A stretch of 64,000 nucleotides of DNA, taken from positions 1-64,000 of the forward strand of contig NW_024055909.1 in NCBI RefSeq assembly GCF_902713615.1, written 5' to 3'. This document shows, one piece after another, positions 12,741 to 25,739 of the stretch. The notes beneath the pieces were generated by a model, which saw only the letters and a program-made list of their open reading frames with translations, had not been told where the DNA came from and ran no database searches. The translations under genes and the position numbers were made by a program. The number at the start of each line of letters is the position of its first letter. Position 1 is the first letter of the stretch. Origin of the DNA: Scyliorhinus canicula. Its lineage: Eukaryota.

Positions 12741-13664
12741 CCACACTGAGAGTTCCAGTTGGTGCCCACCAGAGGGCGTTCTCTGGCCGATAAACATTCA
12801 ACCTCCACAGTGAAAGCCAACGACACTTTTCATAATTTCCGTGCAAGACAGGGGACCCAACAAAACCAGGCAAGGGCCACTTAGGGAATTAAAGTAGTTG
12901 CTTTCAGCTCACAGCTGTAATAAAATGAGAGTCACAAATGAATTTCTGGTGTCACCTCGTTTTTTCTTTTGATGTTATTTCTGTGTCTGTCTGACTTATT
13001 GTGCAGCTTTTTCCCCGTCTCCCCGTTAGTATACCGATCCTTTTGATCACGACCGCGCACAAACTCTATATGAACAGCGTGTTTTAGTTGTCCGGATTGT
13101 TTTAATTAAAAGTTTGAAATTTTCAAATTAGGAACATCGAGTGTTAAAACACACCCACGCATTAATTTCCCTCGATGTTCATGGCCTTTTGGAGTGTCTT
13201 TTATATCTATAATATTTTCCACCAGCAATCATAGCCCAGAATTTCTGTCTTAAAGTGTCGAAAGGAAGATTTTCTTCTCACCCATTTCCTCCAACAGAAC
13301 CAGCCCCCGAAAAGGACAGGACACTGTAGCCGAGACCGATGCCGATATGTTTCTGTTCATTCGCAGTCACTTCACTATTCATCCGTTTCACAACCGCACT
13401 GCGATAAGATGGCAGAGAGGTGGTAGATATTTAAAACCTTTCAGCAGTTTATTGATGGAAGATCAGGATCGGTGTCTTCAAATACTCAACTCTCCTTTAG
13501 TAGAGCGGATAGCGAGCAGAATGTGATTTAGCATCAGGATATTGTGGGAATATTTCTGACAGGTAATTGTGGACTAAACACCTTCCGCATTTTCTCTAAT
13601 TTCCAAATAGGATATGAAGCAGAATATTAAACACCCGCCGCTCTGATAATTCCTTGTTTGAATA

Positions 13665-13965
13665 TGGATTTAGATCCAGGTCATGGAGGCTCTGTTTGTC
13701 AGTTGCTGTCCTTAGATCTAAAGACAGTTGTAGAAGGGAAAACTTAATAAGGTATATGCAACATCAGCTTCATTATTTATTCTGGCTCAAGAGCACCAGA
13801 TACACAGCGCGCAAAGTTGCACTGCGGAAATTCTGGGTGGGTAAATGAAAGTTTTGCCAAACCATATTTCTCGGTAGAATTCGAGACCTCTACTCAATTC
13901 GCCAGTTTAAGCTTCAAGAGGCGGCAGTTAACTGCCTGTGCCGTCTATTATGTATTACTGCGTTC
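13665..13965 (+). pseudogene. Heavily decayed TCR V remnant
   Basis: Frames give TVVEGKT and GNSGWVNESFAKPYFSVEFETSTQFASLSFKRRQLTACAVYY (FR3-like); no usable RSS. Confidence 0.55.
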
Positions 13966-14779
13966 TGTCTGTACGTCTACCTTGAACAGTAGCTCAGTAC
14001 TCCTGTCTGTTTGGGGGTTCTACAGAATCACAGGCAGTAATATGAGCAGCGCTGTCAGCCTCTCAAACCAAATACTGCCAAGGAACTAATCAGTGATGCT
14101 GCTGGCCTATTACTGCATGAACACTCAAAGCTCTTTCCGTGCTGATCCGCTTGAGGTTGTCCTATCGGTTCACTTACACACACCAGACGCACATGCAAAC
14201 GCTTTCATACAAACACTCAAGCAGAGACTCACACTTCTAGTTAACCATATGTAACCGTTCCCCAGTGTGGCTAAACCTATTTCGGTGTCTTTATCTTTCT
14301 TGACCTTCTGCTTCGAGTTTTGCTTTAAATATTTCTCTCTCTCTCACTGCCCTCCTTCCATGTGCTTCTCTCTCTCTCCCTGCACCATCCAGTTTTTGCC
14401 CGTCTCACTTTCTACCTTGCTCACTGTTTTCCCCTCGCTCATCTCCTCTCTTGCAATATTTGACGGGGTTGAAAGTGAAGCAATTCCTGGTTTTTATATG
14501 ACCCATTAATAATTCCAAACTTAATAACGTGAGAAACATTATGTGCACGATCAGAATTTAAAAATGTGCTCACAGTGGCTTGATTAGTTGAAGGAATTCA
14601 CATAGATTGAAAATGTCTGCTGTGAAAAATCTTTACCAAATTATTTAGTAGCGCCGTCTTACATCAAGTTTCGGTTGAAATAAGCATAACTGCAGAGCCG
14701 GGCAACAGACGTGGAGACGGACAAATAAACACTTCCAGACGCATACGCCTAAAAGGAAGGCAATAAAGAACACATGCAC

Positions 14780-14905
14780 GCACGCATACACAGCACACAC
14801 ACACAAGCACACACATAATTAAACAGGCACATACATTCTCTCACACAAACAGAAACACACATGCACACACACACATTCACACACGCACACACACACACAC
14901 AAAGC
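14780..14905. repeat. Degenerate (CA)n microsatellite
   Basis: Interrupted CACACA/CACGCA runs. Confidence 0.75.
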
Positions 14906-15849
14906 AAACATTGGTAGACAGACCATTATTGTAATCGAGTGATAGCTTTCGATATACATTTCATAACAAATTACACAGTTACTAATAAGGCATGACTGAA
15001 TGCAGATAATTCGTTAATTGGATCCAGCAGCATGTCAGAAACATTGGCAAATGGTTCCAAACCAGGCGAAAAAGTCCTGAGGATGATGCGAGAAACTGAA
15101 TTCAGGGACTGTGCTTTCTCACTTCCCGTCATAAACACTTTTCAAGGTGGATATTTTCAACTGTCCCTCATTGAAAAAAAATGCGGTTGCAAGCTTCTGA
15201 TTTTCAAGCGTGTTCCCGTTTCTGAAGGGTAGACAGGAAATTGGACATACGGCCGCAATCTGATCAACTGTGAACTTACTGAAGGTTCGAAGGGTCAACT
15301 AATCTGCGCTCGATGCTATTTCTTATATGGTTAGTTTCATATAATATAGAGAGGACCAAAAGATACTTAAAAACAAATATCTCAGGGTTCTTAGGCGGAA
15401 TATCAATGTCATCGTGTTTTTAAGACCAGGGCATATACATTCCCCTTTGGGGGTTAGTCTATCGCGTGGAAGGAGTGATGAAAAAAGCCTATGTTGTTGT
15501 GTTGCTAATTCCGGAGTTTCTGAGGAGAAGAGCTTCTCACTGGCCATACTAACTGTCTACGGTCTAAATAGGAGGGGTAATAGGCAGGCAGTGGCCCGTG
15601 AGGTAACTGAAGAGGAAATTGTGGTAAATTACAAAAATAGAAATGAAATACGGAGTGCCCCACAGGTTTGAGGAAAATGGGATTGTTGGACAAACAAGTA
15701 GAATCAGTGATATTTGGGGGGAAAGATCAGTCAGAGAAGAATGGAGTTTTAAAGTGAGGGAATTATTTTCTGAGAAGTCAGATCATGTTGAGGAGTGGAA
15801 CCAGGAGGATCCTGAATTAGTCCCTCTTCAGTGGAGGAAGTGATCAGCT

Positions 15850-16125
15850 GGAGCAGAAATACAAACTCCCAGACCGATCAGCATTGCTGACCTATCCGAT
15901 GCCACGAATGGGTCATGTGCAGTAATGTCCCCAACAGCACAATCGTTTCAGAATGAAAATGGGAACAGCAAACGGAAGCTGCTTCCCGGGACACCGCAGA
16001 TTCTAAACTAGTCAGACTGTGCGGCTGGTATCAGCTGCAGGCGGGATTGCCAGAGCGGAAATAGCGACGGTTCAGTCTCTGGAGACTTGTGACCATCCAG
16101 CACCTGCTCACTGCTCAAGTGAATG
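15850..16125 (-). promoter_or_regulatory. Orphan copy of a conserved V-family upstream module (V exon not recognisable)
   Basis: Homologous to 19535-19785, 23705-23985, 27095-27385 and 62995-63235 (GGAAG ETS core, CAGCTG and CACCTG E-boxes; GC-box and CCAAT in the better copies). Confidence 0.65.
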
Positions 16126-16430
16126 AGAACAATTAGTGGGGGACTGGCATGAATCGCCCAGAATTATCGAAAATTAGGGAACGGAATGAGCATTCGGCTT
16201 ACCGTGCACGTGCCAATTGGAAAATGCTGTCCCAATGGTCTTGTCCACCTCACATTTTTCATATTGCTTTCCATTCTCAGATTATGACAGTCACCTTTTG
16301 GCAGTTGTTATTGAATCTTCTTTCATCATTTGTGTTCTAGATGTTAACAAATCGGAATATTATGAATAAATACATCATTCTCTATCATATTTTTCTATCA
16401 AATCGGGATGATTTGTTATTGGAACTGCTG

Positions 16431-17344
16431 CTAATGGGAACAATTACAGACGCTCTACGCTATTGGAAAGGCATATCTTTTCAGCAAAACAAATGAGTCT
16501 TCCTTCTACTTCCTTTGTGACAGGCAAATGAAGCGAAAGTTCTCTGGGTCTTTTGCATAAACGACCCTCGTCCCTGGCAACATTTAAATGTATAACATCC
16601 GCACTTTCTCCAACGTCCTAACACTACTTCTCATTTGTTGTGCAGGATTTGTAAAGTAACGGCCAACACATATTTAATCGATTAATATCCTTTTCTGACA
16701 TAAACATCAACAGTAATAAAAACTGTTTCGTAGCAGATCCAGTTTAGATTTCTGGGAAACATTCGTGTCTTCTTCTGTATTTCAATACGCCCTGGATGCA
16801 TTCAGTGGCTGCATTCCAACAGGAATGAAACTACTCCGGCAGCAGGGGGCGCCACCTTCAAACATGGGGATGATGAAGTTCCGTTACGGCATTGTCAAAA
16901 CCAACTAATGGGAACAATTACAGCAAAACGATTTGAATCTTCCTTCTACCTCTATTGTTACAAGCAAATGAACCCAAAGTTCTCTGGTCTTGGCATAAAC
17001 GGGCCTGTCCCTGTTCATCTTTAAATATATAACATCCACACTTTCTCCAACGTCCTATCACTACTTCTCATTTGTCGTGCACAGGGTTTGGAAAGAAACG
17101 GGCAGCAAAGATTTCATCAATTTAGTGACCCTTTCTGACACAAACATCAACAGTAGTAAAAACTATGCCCTACCAGATCCAGTTTAAAATTCTGGGAAAC
17201 ATTAGTGTCTTCTTGTGTATTTCAATACACCCTCAATCTATTCAGTGGCTGCATTCAAACAGGAACAAAACTACTCCAGCACCAGAGGGCGCCACCTTCA
17301 AACATGGGGATGATGAAGTTCCGTGATGCCATCGTCAAAACCAA
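16431..17344 (+). repeat. Diverged tandem duplication (~470 + ~440 bp), each unit carrying a CTCF motif
   Basis: Both units start CTAATGGGAACAATTACAG (16431, 16905) and end GTCAAAACCAA; CTCF-like GGCAGCAGGGGGCGCCA 16838-16854 and AGCACCAGAGGGCGCCA 17278-17294. Confidence 0.9.
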
Positions 17345-17360
17345 TAGACGTCGTGGTCTG

Positions 17361-17370
17361 AGTGATGTCA
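17361..17370 (+). promoter_or_regulatory. TCR V-promoter decamer / CRE-like element
   Basis: AGTGATGTCA 114 bp upstream of the V4 ATG; same motif at 26685-26694 and AGTGACGTCA at 59166-59175 (minus), upstream of paralogous leaders. Confidence 0.75.
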
Positions 17371-17483
17371 CAAAGGGCTTGGCCCCCTGCAGTGTGTGGG
17401 TGGAACATTGAGCTAAACAGAGCCCGGGTTCCCTCTCTCCTCTCAGTCTCTGGCTCATTCCATTCCCATTCACTCAGTCAGAC

Positions 17484-18214
17484 ATGTTTCTGTTAATACT
17501 GGCGACGTTGTTGGACGGTAAGTAATGGATAATATTCATCAAGCCAGATTAGAGGGTGATAGATTGCAATAACATTGAATAGAATTAACGATCAGAAATA
17601 TCCACATGATGAGGGAGTTTATTTTCCGCAAACTCACAGATATAGGAAAATAAATGAAAATCGCTTATTGTCGCAAGTAGGCTTCAAATAAAGTTACTGT
17701 GAGAAGCCCCTAGACGCCACATTCCAGCGCCTGTTCAGGGAGGCTGGTACGGGAATTGAACCGTGCTGCTGGCCTGTCTTGGTCTGCTTTCAAAGCCAGC
17801 GATTTAGCCCTGTGCTAAACCAGCCGCTAATTTAGGTGAATTATGTTTAAACTATTGATATTTCATTTCTCTCCCTTTACAGGCGGGCTAAGCGCAGATC
17901 CAGTAACTCAATCACCGGTGACAAACACCGTGTCAGAAGGGGGTTCGGTGCGGCTGGATTGTGAATATACAGACTCGAATATGCTGTACATGCAATGGTA
18001 TCAGCAGAAAGCGGCACAGCCACCAATCTGGATTATTACCAATGCATTTGCTCTGAAGGAAGATGAAGTTTCAGGACGATATCTGGCGGCTGCTGACAAG
18101 TCTAAACAGAACGGTTACCTCAATATAAGCGGCCTCAGTGTGGGTGACGGGGCGGTCTATTACTGTGCAGTGAGGCACAGCGTTAGATAGCAGCTGGTGC
18201 CCCGTACAAAAACC
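17484..18214 (+). CDS. TCR alpha/delta V segment (V4), apparently functional
   Basis: Leader 17484-17517 (MFLLILATLLD) GTAAGT; V exon 17883-18175 open (DPVTQSP...LDC...MQWYQQ...GAVYYCAVR); RSS CACAGCG 18176-18182, 23 bp, ACAAAAACC 18206-18214. Confidence 0.95.
17655..17826 (-). mobile_element. SINE of a second family with (TTTCA)n tail, inside the V4 intron
   Basis: Same family as 53709-53892 (-), 58181-58357 (+) and the 3' fragment at ~28988-29098 (+). Confidence 0.85.
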
Positions 18215-19129
18215 TCAGCGAGTATTCACAGCTCCACTGAATCTGCTTTCCTGCTCCTGTCTGCGGGAATTGTTTAATCCCGGATTCACGAACACAGTCA
18301 GTTCTATTTATCAGACAGTTATATTTGTGTCTCCGCTCTTCTGCGGGTGAACAGATGAGCAATTTGGAAATCACGCGACTCATTTCCATGCCGCAATGTA
18401 CATGGTAAATTGAAACGTGGAATACCCGGGTACCAGCAGCGGTAATAACAGCTCTCAGATGTCGAAATAATACAGCCGGAAATTATAGTTTGCTCTTCCA
18501 GAACCGTTAACTCAGATGAGCCCAATCCCACTGAGCCTGCCCCTGGAATAAAACAGAGACTGTGTCAAACTCTGCTGTTGTATTTAACACAGGAAATTCA
18601 GAATAAGAAATTCAACAGGACATCACAGAGCAACACGAGTATTATTATCATGTAGGACCATGGTGTCTGCTTTGGGCTTCATTAGAAAATCGATTCTTCG
18701 ATCGAAAACACATCCATTGCCTGCTGCTAGAGAGTCACTCAGATACGGGACTTGCTTCAGTGAGGCGCGGCTCACGGTGAGCGCTAAAAACTACAAGTCA
18801 TGAAGTCCCGGGACCGCCACAGCCTTGTATTGGTATCGTCCGTACAGATTTTTGCTGCACTGTCACGGGGTGGGGGTCCAATATTACTGACGCTGCCTTT
18901 CACCCGAGTGGTAGTCAAAGGATTGGCCGTCACTGCTGAAATGAACAGAGTCTGTTCTGATTGTCAGTACCCCGATCCTGCTGCTACATTGAGTCGTCTA
19001 CACCATTGTAGATCCTTCCTCTTCATGCGGTCAGACAGCTGTGCTGTACTTCGGTCGATAACAAGATGTACTTATGTATTTATCTGTATGCGAGGCATAG
19101 TAAGATCATCTATACCTTTCTGCTGCACG

Positions 19130-19785
19130 GATTCCGTCCCATCAGATGAAACATGAACGGTGCAGGGTGCCCGGATGCTGACTGTATCGGTCAGGATCTA
19201 TTGTTTTGACTGAACTGTTGTGTGACGTCACTGTCCTCTTCGACCCTTATTTCAGCCTCGCCGCTGTTCCCCTGGGTCCTGGTGGCTCCAGTCTGACAGA
19301 AACCAAAAGAAAATATAAAATTCAGCATCAACCTCATATTGACCAACATAACAGCCACCCCCATTATTATTATTATTATTATTATTATTTAATTAACAGT
19401 AATATCAGGTTACACAGTGAGGGGAGAATGGAGAGTTTGCAATGAGGGAAATACCGAGAAGTGAGATGATGTTGAGGAGATCGGAGAGGCGATTCCCGCG
19501 ATAATTCCTGAATTAGATGCTGTCAGGAAATTACCTGTCCGAGCAGAAATACAGATTCAGGAGCACGGCTGCTCAAACCAATGACAGGAATCGAGCAGCG
19601 ACAGCAATGTGTAGAGTATCATAATGGTGTTCGAGCCAGAGAAACAAACGGAAACTGTGACTGGGGACACCGCAGATTCAAAGCTGATACAAAACGTGCG
19701 GCGGTTATCAGCTGCTGTCGCAAGTGAGGGAGGGAAACAGCGACAGTTGACCATCCTGCACCTGCTCACTGCTCAAGTCATTGAG
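19130..19785 (-). pseudogene. Decayed V (V6 family): upstream module, degenerate leader and 5' part of the V exon
   Basis: Acceptor TGTCAG|ACTGGAGCCACCAGGAC (WSHQD as at 63466), then RVEEDSDVT and YSQHPG with indels; 19400-19785 aligns with 23570-23985. Confidence 0.7.
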
Positions 19786-19889
19786 AACAATATAGAGGGA
19801 AGACACTTCCCTCCAACGAGAAGGGATCTGATACAACTGACCCTCCCTGCCCCAATTTCGTACAATCATAGGATCTACAGTGCTGAAGC

Positions 19890-20183
19890 AGGCCACCCGG
19901 CCCATCGAGTTCGCAATGGCCCCCGGAAAAAGCATTCCACCCAAGCCCACGCCTCCACCTCATCGCAGCAACCTAACACAACCTTTGTGGGCATTTAGCA
20001 TGGCAAATGCACCTAACCTGCACATCTTTAAATTCTGGGGGAAACCAGAGCACCCAGAAGAAACCGACGCAGACAGGGGGAGAACGTGCAGACCCCGCAC
20101 AGACAGTGACGCAGCCGGGAATAGAACCTGGGACCCTGAAGCTGTGAATCCATTGTGCTAATCACTATGCTACCGTGCCGCCC
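19890..20183 (-). mobile_element. tRNA-derived SINE (older family)
   Basis: Head GGGCGGCACGGTAGCATAGTGATTAGC on minus; abuts the Cys104 codon of the V remnant at 20184. Confidence 0.85.
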
Positions 20184-20255
20184 ACATACGTACACGACGC
20201 TGTCAGAAATCATTGTGCTCCTGATCGTTAGCTCGGTCGTCTTGTCCTTTGAATA
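20184..20255 (-). pseudogene. 3' FR3 remnant of a V6-family V
   Basis: KDKTTELTIRSTMISDSVVYVC matches V6 KNKTTELTISNTMISDSTVYFC; the SINE follows directly and no RSS is seen. Confidence 0.8.
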
Positions 20256-20667
20256 TTTGACATACCCAGGATTGAGACAGAAGATTCCAGCGATGGTTTC
20301 CGGAGATTTAGCATAGTTTTCAGGCATAAACATTAACAGTAACAAAGACAGTATCTAAACAGCTCCAATTTAGATTTTTGGGTCACATTCGAATATTGGT
20401 ATGTTTTGCAGCAAACCCTGAACCCACTCACTAGGAAAATTCGATTTAACACAATTTGCCAGCAGAGGGCGCCGAATTCAACCACGGGCGTCATAAACCC
20501 ACGTGATGTTTTCTTTGAAACCTGTTTGGCTGGGGGGCCAGTGAGGTCACAAACCACCCCCCCCCCCCCCCCCTTCCTGCACTGTAACGCCTCCGCCTCC
20601 TCAATGAGTTGAGCAGACCCGGGGCTCCCTCCCTGCTTCACAATCTCTGAGAGAGATTCAGTCTGAC

Positions 20668-21202
20668 ATGTTTCTGATAATACTGGCGGCGCTGTGGCAC
20701 GGTAAGTCCTGGATAATAAACATCGAGGCAGATTAGCATATTAATACAGATCGATGGCAATATAATTGCGCTCGAAAATATCGATATGATGCGCAGTTGG
20801 GAGGTTTCACAAACTCTCTCAGATACAGGCAAATTTGCATCAGTTGATATTTAATCCTCTACCTTCACAGGTGGACTGTGCGCAGATCCAGTAACTCAGT
20901 TACCGGTGATAATAACCGCATCGGAAGGAGATTCGGTGCTGTTGAATTGTGACTATACAGACAAGAATATGGACTTCATGCTATGGTATCAGCAGAAACC
21001 GGCACAACAACCGAGATGGATCATCACTAACACTCTAGCATTGAAGAAAGAAACAGTTTCAGGACGATATTTGGCGGTTGCTGACAAGTCTAAACAGAAC
21101 GGTTCCCTCAATATCAGCGCCCTCAGTGTGGGGGACGAGGCGGTCTATTACTGTGCAGTGAGGCACAGCGTTAGATAGCAGCTCGAGCACCGTACAAAAA
21201 CC
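20668..21202 (+). CDS. TCR alpha/delta V segment (V5), apparently functional; paralogue of V4
   Basis: Leader 20668-20701 (MFLIILAALWH) GTAAGT; V exon 20871-21163 open (DPVTQLP...LNC...MLWYQQ...EAVYYCAVR); RSS CACAGCG 21164-21170, 23 bp, ACAAAAACC 21194-21202. Confidence 0.95.
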
Positions 21203-22044
21203 GCAGCGAGTCTATACAGCTTCACTGAGGTTCCTTCTGTGCGAAGCATTTGATCCCCGCCGATCGAACGCTGTCAGGTGTATTTACCAGGCTTTGTTTA
21301 ATGCTTCCACCCTTGTGCCGATCAACAAAGGAGCCGTTTGGAGAATGTTGAGGCTTATCATGCTGCGATATATACAGTAACATTTATCACGGAATATCCA
21401 CCAAGCTGCACAGGGAAGATTTCACATGTGGAGTTAGTTTAGCCGGAAAGTACGGCTAGCCTTAACTCAGCTGAGCCCAGGCACACCGACTCCTCGGCAC
21501 CCGGTATTTAACGAAATGCAGAATGGATCAGGGGGAGGCGGTGGCAATGTGGTATTGTCACTGGACTAGCAATGCAGACACCGAGAGTAATGATATGGGG
21601 TTGACTCTTAACTGCCCCCTCATGAGCGATTCGCGATGAACCAAAAAAAAATTCCTGCGATACTTAACACATGAAATGTACAATAGCAGAGATTCACCTC
21701 ACAACACGGCTAGCATTATCAGTCTGTGACATGGGGAGCAGATGATGCCGGGTTTAGGCTTGAATACAAATCGACTTGCCGATCGATAATGTAAATAAAA
21801 GCAAATTATTGCTGGAATCTGAAAACCTGGACAATCTCAGCAGGTCTGGCAGCATCTGTGCAGGGAGAAAGGAGCTAACGTTTCGAGTCTGAGTGACTCT
21901 TTGTCAAAGCTGAGAATTCGGATGTTGAGTTGATTAAGGATTTACCGAAATACATACAGAGCCACAAATGTGTCTCAAAAATCTAAATTGCAGCTTTTTA
22001 GACACCGTCTTCCTTAATGTTGATATTTATGTAAGATAATGATG

Positions 22045-22375
22045 AGGGGCATAGATAGGGTAGATAGGAGGGAACTTAGTAGATGGGTCAGTAACCAGGG
22101 TGCAGAGATTTAAGTTAAGGGGCAGGATTTAGAGGAGATTTGAGGAAACAATTTTACCCAGAGGGTGATGGGAATCTGGAACTCACTGCATGAAGGAGTG
22201 GTAGAGGCGGGAAGGCTCATAACATTTAAGAAGCATTTCAATAAACACTTCAAACGCCACAGCATACAAGGCTATGGGCCAACTGCTGGTTAATTGAATT
22301 AGGATAGAAAAGTGCTTGATGGCCAGCGCATGCACACTGGGCCGGAGGGCCTCTTTCTGAGCTGGAAAGCCATAT
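22045..22375 (+). mobile_element. CR1 LINE 3' fragment
   Basis: TTTTACCCAGAGGGTGATGGGAATCTGGAACTCACTGC (FTQRV..IWNSL) and a CR1-type 3'UTR. Confidence 0.8.
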
Positions 22376-22820
22376 TGTTCTTTGACTCTAAGTGGAAAGG
22401 TGAAAACGTCTAGGGAGGGAATTCCAGAGCTTTGTGTCGAGGCAGCTGAAGGCACGGCCAGCGATGATGCAGTGATTAAAGTCGGAGGTGAAGGCAGTTA
22501 GTTCCAGATTCCCACCACCGGCTGGATGACAACGTTTTTCCTCAAATCCCCTCGAAATCTCCAACTCCTTATCTTTAATCTGTGCCCATTGGTTATCTGC
22601 TGAGGTGAAAAGTTTCTTCCCATCTATGTCCCTCATAGGAAGGACAGTCATTGTTCCTTTGAAATTCTCCTCATAACCAAACTCTTTGACCAAACTTGTG
22701 ATCACATGACCGAATATGCTCATAGTTCCTGTGACACACCTTGGGAGATTTTATTGTGTGAAAACCCTCGACAGTGATTTAAGTTGCTGCATTTATTGTC
22801 ACTCAGTGAGACCTGATAGG

Positions 22821-22893
22821 TTACTGAGTGAGGGAGTCTGTATAGTTTACTGAGTGAGGGAGTCTGTATAGTTTACTGAGTGAGTGAGTCTGT
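22821..22893. repeat. Short 26-bp minisatellite (~2.8 copies)
   Basis: TTACTGAGTGAGGGAGTCTGTATAGT repeated. Confidence 0.85.
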
Positions 22894-23124
22894 ACATCAG
22901 GATATGAACAAGAAGCAGGAGTTAAGGTATCGCAGATCGATTCATCAATACAATATATTTTATGAATGCGAGTTGCAATCATAAACTGCTATAACTGTGC
23001 AGGTGGGTCTCACTATTTATGTTTCTGAGAGTTTGTTATAATTGTTGCTAAGCTCACTATGGAAACTGAACAATATGGGGGGGGGGGGGCTCCTGCTGAG
23101 CTATAGTTGGAACTGCCAGTGTGG

Positions 23125-23666
23125 GGTTTTTGTACGGGATTCACTATATCTCTAGCAGTGTGGGCTTCATGGCACAGAAATACACGGTGCTGTCGGAGAT
23201 CATTGTATTACTGATCGTTAGCTCGGTAGTCTTGTTCTTTTTATCAAACGTCGAAGAAAACCGATCGGTGAGTTCGGTGTTCCTTTGCACAGTCAGCCCA
23301 ATAATTCGAAGCATGTAGCTTGGAGCTTTCCCGGGCTGCTGACTGTACCAGTACACAAAAGGGTTAGCATCGCTTGTTTCTACGGTGCAGGTTAATGTGA
23401 CTTCACTTTCCTCTTCAGCCGTTATTTCAGGTTCCTTTTGGTCCACTGTGTCCTGTTGGCTCCATTCTAACAGAAGCAACAGCGATAATGACAATCAGAG
23501 GCAGCCTCATATTAGGCAATAAAATAATCAGCAAAAGAATCTCTGTCATTTTACCAACAATAACATCTGGGTTACACACTCAGGAAGACAATGGAGTGCT
23601 ACTGGGATGGAAATACTTACTTAGAAGTGAGATAATGATGAGGAGCGAAGCGAGACCGTCGCTCAT
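23125..23666 (-). CDS. TCR alpha/delta V segment (V6), apparently functional
   Basis: Leader 23666-23621 (MSDGLASLLIIISLL) GTAAGT; V exon 23466-23163 open (WSQQDTVDQ...TLTC...VYWYSQ...STVYFCAMKP); RSS CACACTG 23162-23156, 22 bp, ACAAAAACC 23133-23125. Confidence 0.95.
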
Positions 23667-23704
23667 GATACTTTGAGTTTGTAACTCTACAATGAGAGAA
23701 ACCA

Positions 23705-23985
23705 TCTGTCAGAGACAGAAATACAGATCCCCGTCACACTGCACTGCTGATCCGACCAATGAGAGGAATGAACGAGCAGCAGCAACCTCTCCAGTAACAC
23801 AATTGAGTCAGAGTGAGAGCAGCAACCGGAAGCTGTGGGCGGGGATACCGCAGTCTGAATATTGAGTGAAGTGTGCGGTGACTCTCAGCTGCACTCGGCA
23901 GTGATGGAGCGGAAATAGCGACGGTTCAATGTTCCCTACTCCGTGACCATCCTGCACCTGCTCATCGTGCAAGGCACTCAGAAGA
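23705..23985 (-). promoter_or_regulatory. Conserved upstream/promoter module of the V6 family
   Basis: CCAAT, GGAAG, GGGCGGGG, CAGCTG and CACCTG in the same order as four other copies; starts ~40 bp upstream of the V6 ATG. Confidence 0.7.
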
Positions 23986-24429
23986 AATAGATCGGGAGGG
24001 AGATGAATGGACGAGAATCTAGAAACTACTAGTCAGCGATGAGGCCACACGATCTATATTTCCCGATACACTTTGAAATCATTATCTTATTCTTCTTTCA
24101 GAAACAGCATTTTCTACATACCCCAGTTATTCCCGTTACGTTTGTGTAGTTACTTCTTAACTTTATTGTTGAATATTCTTCTGCCTTTATTTAGATCCGC
24201 CCTCGATAGTTTAACAAATCGCAGTGTAATAGACGGAATTTTCCTGGTCTTTATTTCTCATCAATCGTTGAATTATCTAAGGATCTGCTCGAGGAAACAG
24301 CTCCGTGTGATCTTCATTAACAATCCACTGACATTTCAGCAGCTCCGTTCAGTCTCTCCTTTACGTTCTTTGACCTAAGGAGAGGCGGCCGTGTGGCGCC
24401 ATCATCAGTTTCCCTGCCTCAGGCCCCTT

Positions 24430-24985
24430 AGTCGTCGAGTTTTACAGCAAAGAACAGGCCCCATGGCCCATTGTGTTTGCCCCGGCCATCAAGTATCCAT
24501 CTAATCTAAAGCAATTTCCTCGCACTTGGTCCGTAGCTTTGTATGTTATGGCGTTTCAAGTCCTCATCTCAACGCTTCTTAAGTGTTGTGAGTGTTCCCA
24601 CCTCTGGAACACAGTTAGTGTGCTCCAGGTTCTCACTACGCTTAAATTCCTTCCAAATTCCTACCCCTTACCTTAAATCTATGCCGCCTGGTTTTTGCCC
24701 GCTCTACTGAGGGGGAAAATTTCTTCCTATCTATGTTCCTCAGAATTTTGAACACCTCGATCAGATCCTCCGCAACATTCTCTGCTTTAAGGGCAATAAT
24801 CCCAGCCTATTCAGCCTCTTTTCACAACTGAAACACTCCTGCCCAGAAAACTTCCTGATTAATCTCCTCTGCACCCTCTCTGGTGCAATCATATTCTTTC
24901 TATAATGTGACCAGATGTGCAGAAAATACTTCAGCTGCGGGCTAGCCAGCATTCTATACAGCTCCATAATAACCTCCCTACTCTT
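24430..24985 (-). mobile_element. CR1 LINE 3' fragment
   Basis: Minus-strand LYRMLASPQLKYFLHIWSHYRK...PERVQRR is a degenerate CR1 ORF2 C-terminus. Confidence 0.8.
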
Positions 24986-25739
24986 CTAGTCCATGCCTCG
25001 GGGCTGGGAGGGGAGTTCTATAGCAGATGGTATGTGTGGGCACCTCACCTGGACATCAAGGGGTTGTGATGCTAGGTGCCAGTGAGCTCTGAGGAGCAAG
25101 CACAAAGACCAGTGCGTGCAAGGTGCCAGCCAGCCATGTGTTTGGGGAATTGGACTTCAGGGGTGGCAGGCGGACCTGATGCCAAGAGAGAGGTGGTAAC
25201 TTACCCCTGCAGGTCACTGGAGGTCATTGGTCTTTTTCCTACATTGGACGACGGTCCCCCTTGCCATGCTGTCACACTGACAGTCGTTGTCACAGCCTCC
25301 TAGGTGGTATTGGTGCCTCTGCTGCTGGCCCTCTGACCCCCCCCCCCCGCCCCCCCCCCCCCCCCCCCCCCCGGAAAAGGATGTCCCATCTCATGCATCC
25401 ACAGCACCGAGAAGCTTGGCCAGGTGTAGGCATCGCCAAAGGGAGGGGCAGCTCTACATATTGCTATGTTTCTGCGTTGACTGCAGTGAATGGTGAGGGA
25501 GCATTTAAGAGCAGCCGGCTCCCCTCCTTAGATGAGGTGCGCATCCAGCGAATCTGACGGCGTGGCAGCCAGTAATGGTGAGAAGCTCTTGGGGGCTACT
25601 TTCCAACACCGAGTGCCCTTAAAGACGGGCTGCGATCTCGCAAATGCGGCCATTGAGAAACATCCTGTCAATTGCGCCCCAAACGACACTTTGTTCCCCA
25701 TTAAATCACGCGACAGGTTGATTTATTTTATCGTGACAC

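Noticed and set aside
20833-20840. Ig octamer ATTTGCAT in the V5 intron
   Set aside because: Absent from the paralogous introns and not in a promoter position; likely chance.
24990-25720. GC-rich stretch as a DNA transposon, and its Pro-rich ORFs
   Set aside because: No paired TIRs or TSD identified; the ORFs derive from C-homopolymers.
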